Shown piece by piece: positions 1-10,100 of a DNA stretch of 64,000 nt. Both the position numbers and the translations under genes were made by a program. This DNA is from Nitrososphaerales archaeon (lineage in GTDB: Archaea > Thermoproteota > Nitrososphaeria > Nitrososphaerales > UBA213), in assembly GCA_965197925.1 (NCBI GenBank), contig CBDAOC010000020.1, forward strand, positions 608,001-672,000, in the 5' to 3' direction. Under the pieces are notes generated by a model. It made no database searches and was not told where the DNA came from. It was given only the letters and a program-made list of their open reading frames with translations. The first letter of the stretch is position 1. The number at the start of each line of letters is the position of its first letter.

Positions 1-1
1 T

Positions 2-487
2 CTATTATCAAATCTAGTGGGAAAGCAAGAAAAGCCGAAGGAAGTGTTAAGCAAAATAATATTATCAAGAGCATTTACCTGTCATCAACTCGCATCGTTA
101 ATTATCAGAGAATCGAAAAATATAACTCACATTTTTCCTTCCACATTCATAGCAATATCTGACATGCTACATATGTTCACAGATCCGGAATCGGATGTTC
201 ACTATAACGAAACCAAGAAAATCGTTACAAAGATGTTAAAATCAATACAAAATTTGGCAAGCAGGAATAATGCAATAATGATGATTACTTCAGATGTAGA
301 TAATGATTCGCTAAATGCAATGATGGAATGTTGTGCAGATACAGTACTAACAGTCCACGGCAAGAAAGTAACACATGTAACATTTGACAAACATTACTTG
401 CATCAGAATATTTTAATCGATTTAACACTAGCAGAGAAACCAGCAACTGCAACGACAATTGAACCGTGGCTGATGGCAAATGGGTAG
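2..487 (+). CDS. RadA/RecA-like, probably inactive ATPase-fold protein of the PolB2 cassette; 5' end lies outside the window
   Basis: Frame is open from the window start. VLSKIILSRAFTCHQL resembles the RadA-like 'I.ISRAFT.YQL' motif. It overlaps the next gene and lies upstream of polB2. Confidence 0.7.
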   Translation, partial: LLSNLVGKQEKPKEVLSKIILSRAFTCHQLASLIIRESKNITHIFPSTFIAISDMLHMFTDPESDVHYNETKKIVTKMLKSIQNLASRNNAIMMITSDVDNDSLNAMMECCADTVLTVHGKKVTHVTFDKHYLHQNILIDLTLAEKPATATTIEPWLMANG

Positions 488-755
488 AACTGTACCTTCT
501 TTCAGAATTCTGATTAACGAAGAGATTATCAGATGGAGAGATTTCAGAAGCAATCTATCGAATGAAGAAAGGAAAGTGTTTGATGATATGATGAACAGCA
601 GCAAGGCTCATGCATCTGCATCTTCATGCGCATTGCAAACCAATGTGTTCCAAATTCTATGTATTTCTATTATCCTTGACCACCAGAACAGACTTGAGAA
701 CATTGCCACTATAGTCGAGGGATTGCATTTCGGTGAGAGAAATGAAGAGATTTGA
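480..755 (+). CDS. Small alpha-helical PolB2-associated protein (arCOG07300-like)
   Basis: N-terminus MGRTVPSFR...W..FR..L...ER.VFD, and position between the RadA-like gene and polB2. Confidence 0.75.
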   Translation: MGRTVPSFRILINEEIIRWRDFRSNLSNEERKVFDDMMNSSKAHASASSCALQTNVFQILCISIILDHQNRLENIATIVEGLHFGERNEEI

Positions 756-972
756 AGACGAAATTCAAAACTGGGATGGATTTCTCAATGCATTAAGAGC
801 GGATGACAGGCTTATGTTCAGAAGAATGCTGATAGACTTGCAGAAGTATGGAGAGACAATAGGCGACCGTGAGAACACTACTGAAGCCCTCATCGTTGCT
901 ATACTCGTTCAGCAGCACAAAATCATCAAGTGGCTTGAATCAGAGATTCAGAAATTGAGAGCAAGGAGTTGA
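733..972 (+). CDS. Second, diverged small helical protein, paralogous to 480..755
   Basis: EI..W..F...LR.DDR..F..M pattern and ...ILVQQHK mirror the preceding ORF. Its stop overlaps the polB2 start. Alternative ATG at 742. Confidence 0.6.
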   Translation: MREMKRFEDEIQNWDGFLNALRADDRLMFRRMLIDLQKYGETIGDRENTTEALIVAILVQQHKIIKWLESEIQKLRARS

Positions 973-3245
973 GCAAATTGCCAGAAGGATGGATTCTCGA
1001 TATTCATCCACATGTCAGTGAAGATGGTCTAATGACGATTTGGCTGAAGCAAAGAAATGGTAAAACAGTGTGCGTACATGACAAATGGTCTCCTTCCATC
1101 TACGTTTATGGAGAAAGCAAGGAAGAACTGAAGCAATTATTACAAATTCCTAAAGTTACATCTTACATAGCTGATTTCGGTTTTGAATACAAAATTGTGG
1201 AGATAATGGACAAATCACCGAAAGAAGTTATGAGACTCACTTTAAAGAATGCAAGTGACATGTTAAAAATTGCAAATACAATTTATGATTCAACCGAGTA
1301 CGGCAGATACCAGATTTACAACGCTGACATTGACCCTGCACAGATTTACATGTATGAACATGATATCTTTCCTCTTGCCGACGTCAAGGCAGATGGTAGC
1401 GAGAGAATAAAATGGGAGATGATTGATTCTATTGATGCAGTTGACTATGCAATTCCTGAACTGACTAAACTTCGACTACAAATACAACACAAGAAAGAAG
1501 ATGCATTGGTCAGAGAAAGAGATCCAATACAATTTGTGGAATTGACAACAGATGAAGATACAATAAGAATTGAGACCGATGAAAAAGAAAATCTGCTTCA
1601 ACTTGTAAAAAGCATTCGTGAAATAGATCCCGATATGATATTCACTGACAACGGTGACTCATTTGTTGTCCCAAACATATTGTTACGAGCGCGGGTTAAT
1701 GGTCTTTCTGAAAAAATGATTCTAGGAAGAACTGGCCAACCGAATATCTTGCACAAGAAAAAGGGTTCAACATATTTTTCATATGGAAGAGTGCTTTACA
1801 AGCCCAGGCCTGCAAGATTCTTGGGGAGAGTGCATATCGACATGGCTAATACATTTGTCTATGCTGAATCTGGTCTCGAAGGATTAATGGAAGTAGCAAG
1901 AACATGTATAGTCCCATTGGACACTACAGTGAGAGCGTCAATTGGAAGAATAATGACCAGTATTGAGTTTTATCATGCGTATAGAGATGGCATACTGATA
2001 CCGTGGAAGCCTAATCTTGCAGAACGTTTCAAGAATGCGTTAGATTTGATGATAGGAGACAGGGGCGGCTTTATTTTTGAACCCAGTATAGGAGTATATG
2101 ACAATGTTGCCGAGATAGATTTTTCCTCACTATATCCAACACTTATGTTCAAGAAAAATATTAGTGCAGAAACAATTGGATGCGATTGCTGTACTGATTC
2201 GAGAATAAGGGTTCCAGAGCTGAACTACAACATTTGCGAAAAAAGAATCGGAATAATTCCTAAAGCATTAGAAATGATTCTCTACAAACGCAGACAGTAC
2301 AAAGAGATGAAGAAATCTGCAGGAGATGAAGTTGCCAGACATGTATATGATTGCAGACAGAATGCGTTGAAGTGGGTTCTTGTTTCTTGCTTCGGATATC
2401 TTGGATTCAGAAATGCAAAGTTCGGAAGAATAGATGCCAATATGGCTGTCTGTGCGTTTGCAAGAAAAACATTGTGGGACGCAGTGAAATTGGCAGAGGC
2501 AAATGCGTATGAAATTGTACACGGTATTGTTGATTCATTATGGTTGAAGAAACACAATGCAAGTAATGAGGATTATCTTGAACTTTGTTCGCAGATTGAA
2601 AAAGAAACCAATTTGAAAGTATCCTTCGAGGGGATGTACAAGTGGATTGCATTTCTGCCATCAAAAATGTACAGCGGATTACCTGTTATCAATAGATATT
2701 TTGGAATATTCAAGAATGGAGAAATCAAGATCCGAGGTATTGAAGCGAGAAAGCGTGACACACCTGAATTCATCAGAAAATGTCAGATACAGATGCTTGA
2801 AGTTATGTCCCGACATTCTAATTCCATAGAAGTTAAGAGAAATCTTCTGCAAGCAGTAACAGTTCTGATTAAGCATGTACAAGCACTCAAAGAAAGAAAG
2901 GTTCCTATAGAACAACTTGTGGTAAATAGGCGTCTAACCAAAGGATCTTCAGATTATAAGAAAGATATTATTCAAGCAATAGTTGCAAAACAACTTGACA
3001 AATGCGGTAGAAAACTTTATGCAGGTGAATCAATAAGTTACGTTATCACTGATTATTATAACAAGACTTCTGAAAGGAGAGCTATTCATACCGACCTCAT
3101 CAACGGGAGTGTGGAATATGATGTAAGGAAATACTTGGAAATGCTTCTCGATTCTGCAAATACAATTTTGAATCCATTTGGTATAACAAATCCATTACAA
3201 GCTACACTGGAAAACAGAATTGAGAACACGGCAATAGACATTTAA
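969..3245 (+). CDS. polB2: Family B DNA polymerase, PolB2 (Dpo2-like) group
   Basis: Motif A DFSSLYP; motif B KWVLVSCFGYLG; motif C altered to HGIVDS (canonical YGDTDS); RGIEARKRD. Confidence 0.9.
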   Translation: MSKLPEGWILDIHPHVSEDGLMTIWLKQRNGKTVCVHDKWSPSIYVYGESKEELKQLLQIPKVTSYIADFGFEYKIVEIMDKSPKEVMRLTLKNASDMLKIANTIYDSTEYGRYQIYNADIDPAQIYMYEHDIFPLADVKADGSERIKWEMIDSIDAVDYAIPELTKLRLQIQHKKEDALVRERDPIQFVELTTDEDTIRIETDEKENLLQLVKSIREIDPDMIFTDNGDSFVVPNILLRARVNGLSEKMILGRTGQPNILHKKKGSTYFSYGRVLYKPRPARFLGRVHIDMANTFVYAESGLEGLMEVARTCIVPLDTTVRASIGRIMTSIEFYHAYRDGILIPWKPNLAERFKNALDLMIGDRGGFIFEPSIGVYDNVAEIDFSSLYPTLMFKKNISAETIGCDCCTDSRIRVPELNYNICEKRIGIIPKALEMILYKRRQYKEMKKSAGDEVARHVYDCRQNALKWVLVSCFGYLGFRNAKFGRIDANMAVCAFARKTLWDAVKLAEANAYEIVHGIVDSLWLKKHNASNEDYLELCSQIEKETNLKVSFEGMYKWIAFLPSKMYSGLPVINRYFGIFKNGEIKIRGIEARKRDTPEFIRKCQIQMLEVMSRHSNSIEVKRNLLQAVTVLIKHVQALKERKVPIEQLVVNRRLTKGSSDYKKDIIQAIVAKQLDKCGRKLYAGESISYVITDYYNKTSERRAIHTDLINGSVEYDVRKYLEMLLDSANTILNPFGITNPLQATLENRIENTAIDI

Positions 3246-3503
3246 CTAAAATTACTCTTTGGAACAAGAAAAACCATATTTGCAAAGCTTTCCGAAGGGG
3301 ATTTAATGTCACTTAACAGAATTATGGATTCTATGGGTTATAGCACATTAGGGGAATTTTTAAGAGATATAGTAAGACAGAAAATCGATGTAGGAAATGA
3401 GCCGTTAGAAAGGTTTACCTCCAGAGAGGAAAAGGTAAACCTTCTTTATATCGGTCGCGGGACTTCCAAGATCACTGAGGATTCAAATCCAACCCAATTC
3501 TAA
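3246..3503 (+). pseudogene. Ribbon-helix-helix-like fragment, possibly the N-terminal piece of a split (SSV-type) integrase
   Basis: Open frame reads RKTIFAKLSEGDLMSLNRIMDSMGYSTLGEFLRDIV and ends in a tRNA-like segment at 3453-3495. Confidence 0.35.
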
Positions 3504-3769
3504 CCCAACATGTAACTGAAATTAAATTAAAATTCTAATCCATCAACAGGGCTCCACATGAAAAATCCTTTATCCTGCCCAAGGCTCTCCATAAAAAACA
3601 GTCATTAATGATTTTGAACTCGAAACTTTTGCTTTCCAATCTAGCGAACATCTAATGCTAGAATATAATGAAATAATCTTTTAATCATCTTAAGCACAAA
3701 TTGCAGTGTTAAACTTTTTCTTTATATATTAAAGATAATCGATAATAATTATAGGCCGAAGATACAATT

Positions 3770-4154
3770 ATGATTATAAGAAATTGGCGTGATGTAAAAT
3801 GTACCATTGCCCATGAGGCTGGAGAGGATTGGAGACTTTTATCTATGCCCACAAGAACTGCTGGTGATATTGAAGTTGAAGTGGATCCGAAATTTCAACT
3901 TTTGAAAGCAATAACCATACGTTTCGTTAGCCAGACTAAAATCCGGTTTAAATTATGAAGAGCATGAGCACGAGGATCACGAGGAGGTTTATTACATAAT
4001 CAAGGGAACTGGAAAAATAAAAATGGGAAATGAAGAAGGTCGATTCAGATATGGAGACATTATCTACATACCAGAAAAAACAAAGCATTCTATAACTAAC
4101 GATGGTAAGGAAGTAGTAGAATTCTTGGCATTTGGTGGCCTTACCAAGAATTAA
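3770..4154 (+). pseudogene. Cupin-domain protein, frameshifted near 3917
   Basis: Second frame reads HEHEDHEEVYYIIKGTG...GDIIYIPEKTKHSITN, the two cupin motifs, with TAA at 4152-4154. Confidence 0.8.
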
Positions 4155-4165
4155 GGAGTATACTT

Positions 4166-4780
4166 ATGAAAATAATTGACATTTCGATGGACATAAATGA
4201 GAACATGCTTACATATCCAAAAAATCCAAAACCAAAAATAAGAACATACTCAACAATTCCTAGAGAGAAAACCAATGAGTCGCTCATTGTAATCGGCAGT
4301 CATACGGGAACTCACGTAGATTCACAACTTCATATCAAGAAATATGGAAAAGGTTCTGATAAATTGCCGCTTAATAGTTTTTATGGAAGCTGTAGAGTCC
4401 TTGATTTAATTCATGTTGGAAAAGAAATACATGAAGAGCATCTAAGGAAATTCAAAATAAAGAACAAAGAAATTATTTTGCTAAAAACAGAGAATTCAAA
4501 AAGACAGTATAATACATTTAGAAAAGATTTTACACATATTAAGATTGATGCGGCGAAGTATCTAGTAAAAAAGAAAATTAGAACTTTGGGTGTTGATTAC
4601 TTAAGCCCAAAAAAGTTTAAAGCAGAAGATGAGGCGCACGAAATATTAATCAACAACTTTACACTATTTGAAGGCCTGTACATGAAAAATGTAAAGCCTG
4701 GAGCTTACACCTTCATTGGATTACCCCTCAAAATGAAATGCGACGGAGCCCCTGCAAGGTTATTTCTAATAAAGAGGTGA
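4166..4780 (+). CDS. Cyclase family / kynurenine formamidase-like metal hydrolase
   Basis: HTGTHVD motif, LGVDYLS, C-terminal DGAPAR; preceded by an AAGGAG Shine-Dalgarno. Confidence 0.85.
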   Translation: MKIIDISMDINENMLTYPKNPKPKIRTYSTIPREKTNESLIVIGSHTGTHVDSQLHIKKYGKGSDKLPLNSFYGSCRVLDLIHVGKEIHEEHLRKFKIKNKEIILLKTENSKRQYNTFRKDFTHIKIDAAKYLVKKKIRTLGVDYLSPKKFKAEDEAHEILINNFTLFEGLYMKNVKPGAYTFIGLPLKMKCDGAPARLFLIKR

Positions 4781-4784
4781 TTGA

Positions 4785-5722
4785 GTGGAAAAGACATTAG
4801 GTATAATCGGTTTGGGGAAGATGGGTGGCAATCTGGCTCTTCAGGCCGTAGAAAAAGGTATAAAAGTTGTCGGCAAAGCAAGAAGCAAGAAACCGGATTT
4901 AGAAAGTAAAGGGGTAGCAGTGGTTTCTGATTATGAAAGTTTTTTTGCGCGTTTAAACAAACCGAGAGTCATTTACCTGTCCCTTCCCGCAGGTTCCACA
5001 GTAGACCAAGTTCTTGGGGAAATTACCCCCCATCTACACAAAGGAGATGTGATATTAGATGGAGGAAATTCTTTCTTTGTTGACTCGATAAGAAGAGAAA
5101 AGGAAATGCGGAAAGAAGGTTTTCACTTTCTTGATTGTGGTACAAGCGGTGGGCTTGATGGAGCAAGATATGGAGCATGTTTTATGGTTGGTGGTAAAGA
5201 AGAGGGAATTGAAATAGCCGAACCAATCCTAAAGGCCCTGGCTGTGAGAGACGGCTTCTTGTATACAGGTGAGCCTGGCACTGGCCATTATGTAAAACTT
5301 GTTCATAATGGAATAGAATTCGGGATGTTGCAGTCTATTGCTGAAGGTTTTGCATTGCTAAGAGGGAGTGGTTTTGATTTAGATCTCGTAAACGTTTTCA
5401 AGAATTGGTCGCATGGTTCAGTAATTAGAAGTTGGCTTATCGAACTAATGGAGAAAGGTTTGAGAGAACAGAGTCTTGACAAGATAGAAAGTTACGTTGA
5501 AGATACTGGAGAAGTGAATTGGCTGGTTCATGATGCACTAAACAAAGAAATTCCTATACCTGTGATTTCGCAATCTATAATGGAGTTGCTGAAGTCTAGA
5601 CAAAAGGATAGCGACGCTTACAAAGCCATTGCATTGATGAGACATGGTTTGGCGGCCATCCTTTTGGAAGAGACGAATATATCAGGAAAGAAAGGAAAAC
5701 TGGTTGGGTAGAAAAAGTTTAA
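4785..5722 (+). CDS. gnd: 6-phosphogluconate dehydrogenase (short YqeC/GntZ-like type) with a 1-nt frameshift near the 3' end
   Basis: GLGKMG, DGGNS, DCGTSGG, KLVHNGIEFG. The conserved RHGFGGH end is restored by adding one T at about 5650, moving the stop to 5720-5722. Confidence 0.85.
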
Positions 5723-6089
5723 ACTTGAAATAAATTCTAGCCCAACCTTGTATAATCTGAACAGATTTAGAATGTCTGAATCCACTTGGTTCAAACATTT
5801 TCAGGATCATCCCTACCCTCCATCCAATCCGTTCTGGTTAATAGCTTATCTGTTATAATGAGATTTTTGTAGGGCCTTATTTTTCCAAGTTGGTTTCCTA
5901 ACTAGTATATGGTTTTTTCAGGATGAACCCTTATAGAAACAATGGTCTATGGTGGAAGTAATTTCTCTTGGACTGCAACATTATTAATACTCATGATTTA
6001 GGATAGAGGTCTGGAATTCCACCAGACTAACTAGATTACAGTCGTCTGAACAATATTGCTGAGATCTATCTATTTTTTTTCTTGAAAGC

Positions 6090-6553
6090 TCAAATTTTTA
6101 CCTTACCAAGTTCCTTGACCTTCTGTACCATCCTTGCCTCTCCTTCTGCGAATTTCCTTTTATTTTCTTCAGTCTCAAATAGGAGTCTAGGCACCTCTGT
6201 TGGTTTGCCGTTCTTGTCTAGCGCTACACCTGTAATAAAAGCAGTTCCTGTAAGAATTTTACGCCCTTTCTCCAAGTCCTCTGCTTCCACTTTTACTTCA
6301 ATTTCCATAGATGACTTGGCGACGTAGTTGAGTCTAGCAGTAAGGATCAGTGCATTTCCAATAAAGACAGGTTTAAGGAAGTTAACTTTATCTATGCTGG
6401 CAGTAACTATATTGTTCCTTGCATGTCTTTTTGCAACCAGAACTGCAATAAGATCTATATGTTTTAAAATCACACCGCCAAAGACATTACCCTGAGGATT
6501 AGCATCACTACCGTCATTTGAGCTTTTGATTCATTGGGACTCTTCGTACTCAT
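6090..6553 (-). pseudogene. Acyl-CoA thioesterase (hotdog fold), frameshifted near the N-terminus
   Basis: DANPQGNVFGGVILKHID and VTASIDKVNFLKPV are in one frame; the start MSTKSPNESKAQMTVVML is in another. Confidence 0.8.
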
Positions 6554-7213
6554 TAAGTTGCAATAAAAATGTCTATCTTAATAAATTGAACTTTTTTATC
6601 TGAATACACTTCATGGCTGCAATATTATTAGCGAAGCTCTACATTGCTTATTTGATCCTTGTGTCACATCTAGTGGTAGGATTAAACATCCAAAGCCTAC
6701 CTATTCTAATGTGGACTCGCCAAAGTATACTAGAAATAAAGTATGATATGGCAAATTAGTTCCTTTTCTCGTGATACTGTTCTACATGCTCATGAAATTC
6801 CCTTTTGGTTCTGAGCATGATACGGCAATACTAAGTCATAGGCCTAATCCTTTAAATTATCAATAAAACTATATCCAACGTAGCTCTACATATTACACGA
6901 TTCAACACTGAACGGCTGATCATCATTAGCATAATCTTTAGACGGTAATATTATATCTAGAATATAATGGAATTTTTAGTGTCAGGGTGTTAAATTTTTT
7001 ATGGATCATCTTCTTTACTGGTTCATGTCACATTTTCAATTTTGATAGCAAATACAATTTTTTAAAATATAGGTTTCAAAAATTACATTTCTCCCTTTGG
7101 TAGATACAATTAATGATCGTTCAGAGCGATACCCGCTCTTATTGCTGTGATCCCATAAATAATAATATATCATACATTTTTCGTTTTGAAATCTACATCA
7201 ACCAGTTCCCACA

Positions 7214-7504
7214 TCAAACTTGATCATAAATTCTCTTACGTTTGTTCTCCTCGGACACTATTTTGTGATAATATGAAAGATAATTCCGACCTTCATCAGT
7301 TATGACTAAGGTTGAAGAATCATCCTTCGAAATGGCTACAAGCTGTAGTTTCCGCAGAAAAGCAAAATACTTTGATATTCTCGTATAATTGAAATTACAT
7401 CTGTATTCCAATTGTGATTTCTTTAACGGACATTCGGTTAAATCATAGAGCATGTTAAAAATTATCGTTAAAACTCCACAACTTTTAGATCCCATCTTCT
7501 TCAA
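7214..7504 (-). CDS. Winged-helix predicted transcriptional regulator
   Basis: KSQLEYRCNFNYTRISKY...ITDEGRNYL matches the archaeal wHTH pattern also seen at 24788 and 31969. Confidence 0.65.
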   Translation of the reverse strand: MKKMGSKSCGVLTIIFNMLYDLTECPLKKSQLEYRCNFNYTRISKYFAFLRKLQLVAISKDDSSTLVITDEGRNYLSYYHKIVSEENKRKRIYDQV

Positions 7505-7537
7505 TGCCGTTCAGATCAGTGGTAGCATCTATAACAA

Positions 7538-7577
7538 TTACCTATAATAGTTCTATTTTACCTAGAATGGTTCTATT
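7538..7577. promoter_or_regulatory. Tandem 20-bp direct repeat upstream of the wHTH gene, candidate operator
   Basis: ttacctataatagttctatt followed by ttacctagaatggttctatt (18/20 identical), next to a TATA-like ttatagat on the minus strand. Confidence 0.45.
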
Positions 7578-7620
7578 ATTTCTTGACGAACCTCACGTAC
7601 TAGGTCTTCTATTGCTGTTA

Positions 7621-7842
7621 CTACATTCTAGATGCCAAGTTCACGTTTATTGCCGCGAAAGCTTTGCGCTCAGGTGAACCTTTTGGTTTAGTGCGCAAGC
7701 GCATTCCACAGCAGGGGCAGTTGACGCTATTCCACCACACAAAAAGCTAGCAGGTCTGACATCTCTTCTGTCCAAATGCATATCTTTTACCTCGTTTACC
7801 TTTTATTGCCCTGTATCTTAAACAGTTATCTTTACATGCCAT
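7621..7842 (-). pseudogene. Small Cys-rich zinc-finger protein with an in-frame TAG
   Basis: Translates as MACKDNCLRYRA...RYAFGQKRCQTC*LFVWW...CPCCGMRLRTKP; stop at 7747-7749. Confidence 0.7.
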
Positions 7843-8187
7843 AACTCGTCAACACCAATGACTAAATAGAATTACGAAAGCCCATAAATATTACCTTTAA
7901 CTGTTGTAGTAAGTATTAGATAACCAGGTGAAAACAAGAATGTTCATTCCAACACGTGGGGAACTTGTGAAGGGTTTGAATTTTTCAACAGGTGCAATCA
8001 AGTATTCTTCTTCTACTGTTAAAGGTTAGAATTTCAACTACAACATCCTGTCATCACAAATCTATAACGTTAACTCTTACAACTATGCAGTAAAGTTTTC
8101 ACAAATAGTCTGTAAGGAACTTTACTATTGATATAGGGTTTGTAAGAGCTTGATAATATTGGAGTGTAAATAGATACTATCCAACAC

Positions 8188-8757
8188 CTAATATGGTAAT
8201 CCTTTTTCCCTCTGGTTTTTGAATGCTTCAATATACCATTCAAATTCGTCTAGGAATCGTTTTGCCCTTCTTTCATATGCCTCTTCTTTTAGTTTTCCAT
8301 CGTCATCAAAAACATTCTGAACCTTGGACACAGGAAGAGAGGAGGATATAGAGGGGGCACCCAATTCTGCAAATATGAGCCGTAGTTGTTCGGCTGCCCT
8401 TACACCCCCAAAACCACTAACAGAATAGGATACTATAGCAGAAGGTTTGAAAAAGTATTCCTCTTGGAAGCAATCCAGTAAGTTCTTCAAAGCAGATGAC
8501 ACACTGTGGTTATATTCAGGTGTCAGGGCTAGATACCCTTCAGCATTCTTAATCATTTCCCTGAGTGTCTTCAACTTTTCTGTAGGATTAGACATCTCCT
8601 TATACATCCTGTCAAGTAGAGGGAGATCAAGTTCCAGTGGATCAATGAAGAATACCGTATGTCCTCGACTTTTCAAAGTCTCTTCCATCCAGCGACCGAC
8701 CTTTATACCATTCCGATCTTGTCTCACTGATCCAATCAATAAGGCGATCTTGGCCAT
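8188..8757 (-). CDS. NADPH-dependent FMN reductase family protein
   Basis: IGSVRQDR, TPEYNHS, LKNLLD, GFGGVRAAEQLR. Confidence 0.9.
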   Translation of the reverse strand: MAKIALLIGSVRQDRNGIKVGRWMEETLKSRGHTVFFIDPLELDLPLLDRMYKEMSNPTEKLKTLREMIKNAEGYLALTPEYNHSVSSALKNLLDCFQEEYFFKPSAIVSYSVSGFGGVRAAEQLRLIFAELGAPSISSSLPVSKVQNVFDDDGKLKEEAYERRAKRFLDEFEWYIEAFKNQREKGLPY

Positions 8758-9086
8758 ACGTTGAAAACTCTTGTAATACCTTAAAAATTGATTGATTCTA
8801 CGAGTTCTTATCAAACCGAACGTTCGGAATATAAATTGGAGGTGCGGCTAGTGATTATATTTTCTTTCATCCAAAAACTAATCACATGTGAAATTTCTAT
8901 TGATAAAATCGGTAGTTGTGTTCCTTCATTCACATTCATTGTCAAACTTTCCAATGCCCATAAATGAAGTCAGCTCCTTACAGGTGGAAGTTCTTCCAGA
9001 AGGAATTGTAAACATTCCAATCCAATTTCCTTCTATTGTTTCCTAACACTCTATTTTTATTATAGGGTCATGTTCATCATGGCCTA

Positions 9087-9740
9087 CTAATCTGGAGAAA
9101 TTCCAATTCCCTTATTTTCTATCATGTCTATTACCAAAGCTGCTGTCCAGGAAAACGCTTTCCCTCCCAAACCCTCCCCAGTGTGTGGGTCAAAATATTC
9201 CCTAAATCCATAGTTCTGAGCCAACTCAAAAGTTCCTTGTTTTAAATGCTCAGCCTCTTCCTCATAACCATACTTCAACAATCCCAAATAAATCATCCAA
9301 TTTGTATTAATCCAAACAGGTCCTCGCCAATAGTTAACTGATTTAAAGTATGATTCTTCCAAATCGGTGCTGGGTATAGAGGGTACATGACAATTGCCAT
9401 CACCACACCAATGAGAATGGGTTATCCATTTTACAATCCTGTCTATATCTTCCCTGGTTATTAGACCAGCGTAAATTGGTATGAATGATGCCACCGTCTG
9501 TTTCTTTATCCAAGTTCTCTTTTCCAAATCATAATTGTAGAAAAGATTTTCTTCCGTTTCACCCAATTTTTCTCATGTAGGAACGAAATTCTTATAGAAG
9601 TTATTTTCTATCCTTGAGAACCACCTCCTTATCTGCTTTGTATCTTCACCTATGAGATCAGCAATTTTTAACATGTATTTATTTGCTACATACAATATAC
9701 TGGTAGTTACAATGTCCTTTATCTTGAATGGGTATTCATT
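9087..9740 (-). pseudogene. C-terminal part of a GH63-like (mannosyl/glucosylglycerate hydrolase-type) glycosidase, cut by an IS
   Basis: YWRGPVWIN, GFREYFDPHTGEGLG, FSWTAAL; frameshift near 9570; 5' part replaced by an IS end. Confidence 0.75.
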
Positions 9741-10100
9741 CAACTCATCTCAAAACCCTACAATACATCAAAAATTGTAGATTAACAAATGCCAGATAGT
9801 TTTCTGCCGTTCTTTCAATTTTCTGATTCTTGAAATTCTTATAGAAGTTATTTTCTATCCTTGAGAACCACCTAGATGATGATTCCAAATTATCGCTTCT
9901 TGTTGCTTTGTATCTTCACCTATGAGATCAGCAATTTTTAACATGTATTTATTTGCTACATACAATATACTGGTAGTTACAATGTCCTTTATCTTGAATG
10001 GGTATTCATTCAACTCATCTCAAAACCCTACAATACATCAAAAATGATGCAAGATTAACAAATGCCAGATAGTTTTCTGCCGTTCTTTCATATCTGATTC
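9585..10100. repeat. Imperfect tandem duplication (about 250 bp) of the glycosidase/IS junction
   Basis: gaaattcttatagaag starts at both 9585 and 9832; the IS terminus caactcatctcaaaac occurs at both 9741 and 10011. Confidence 0.8.

Noticed and set aside
8816..8827. Perfect palindrome ccgaacgttcgg upstream of the FMN reductase
   Set aside because: Single 12-bp occurrence; could be an operator but cannot be distinguished from chance.
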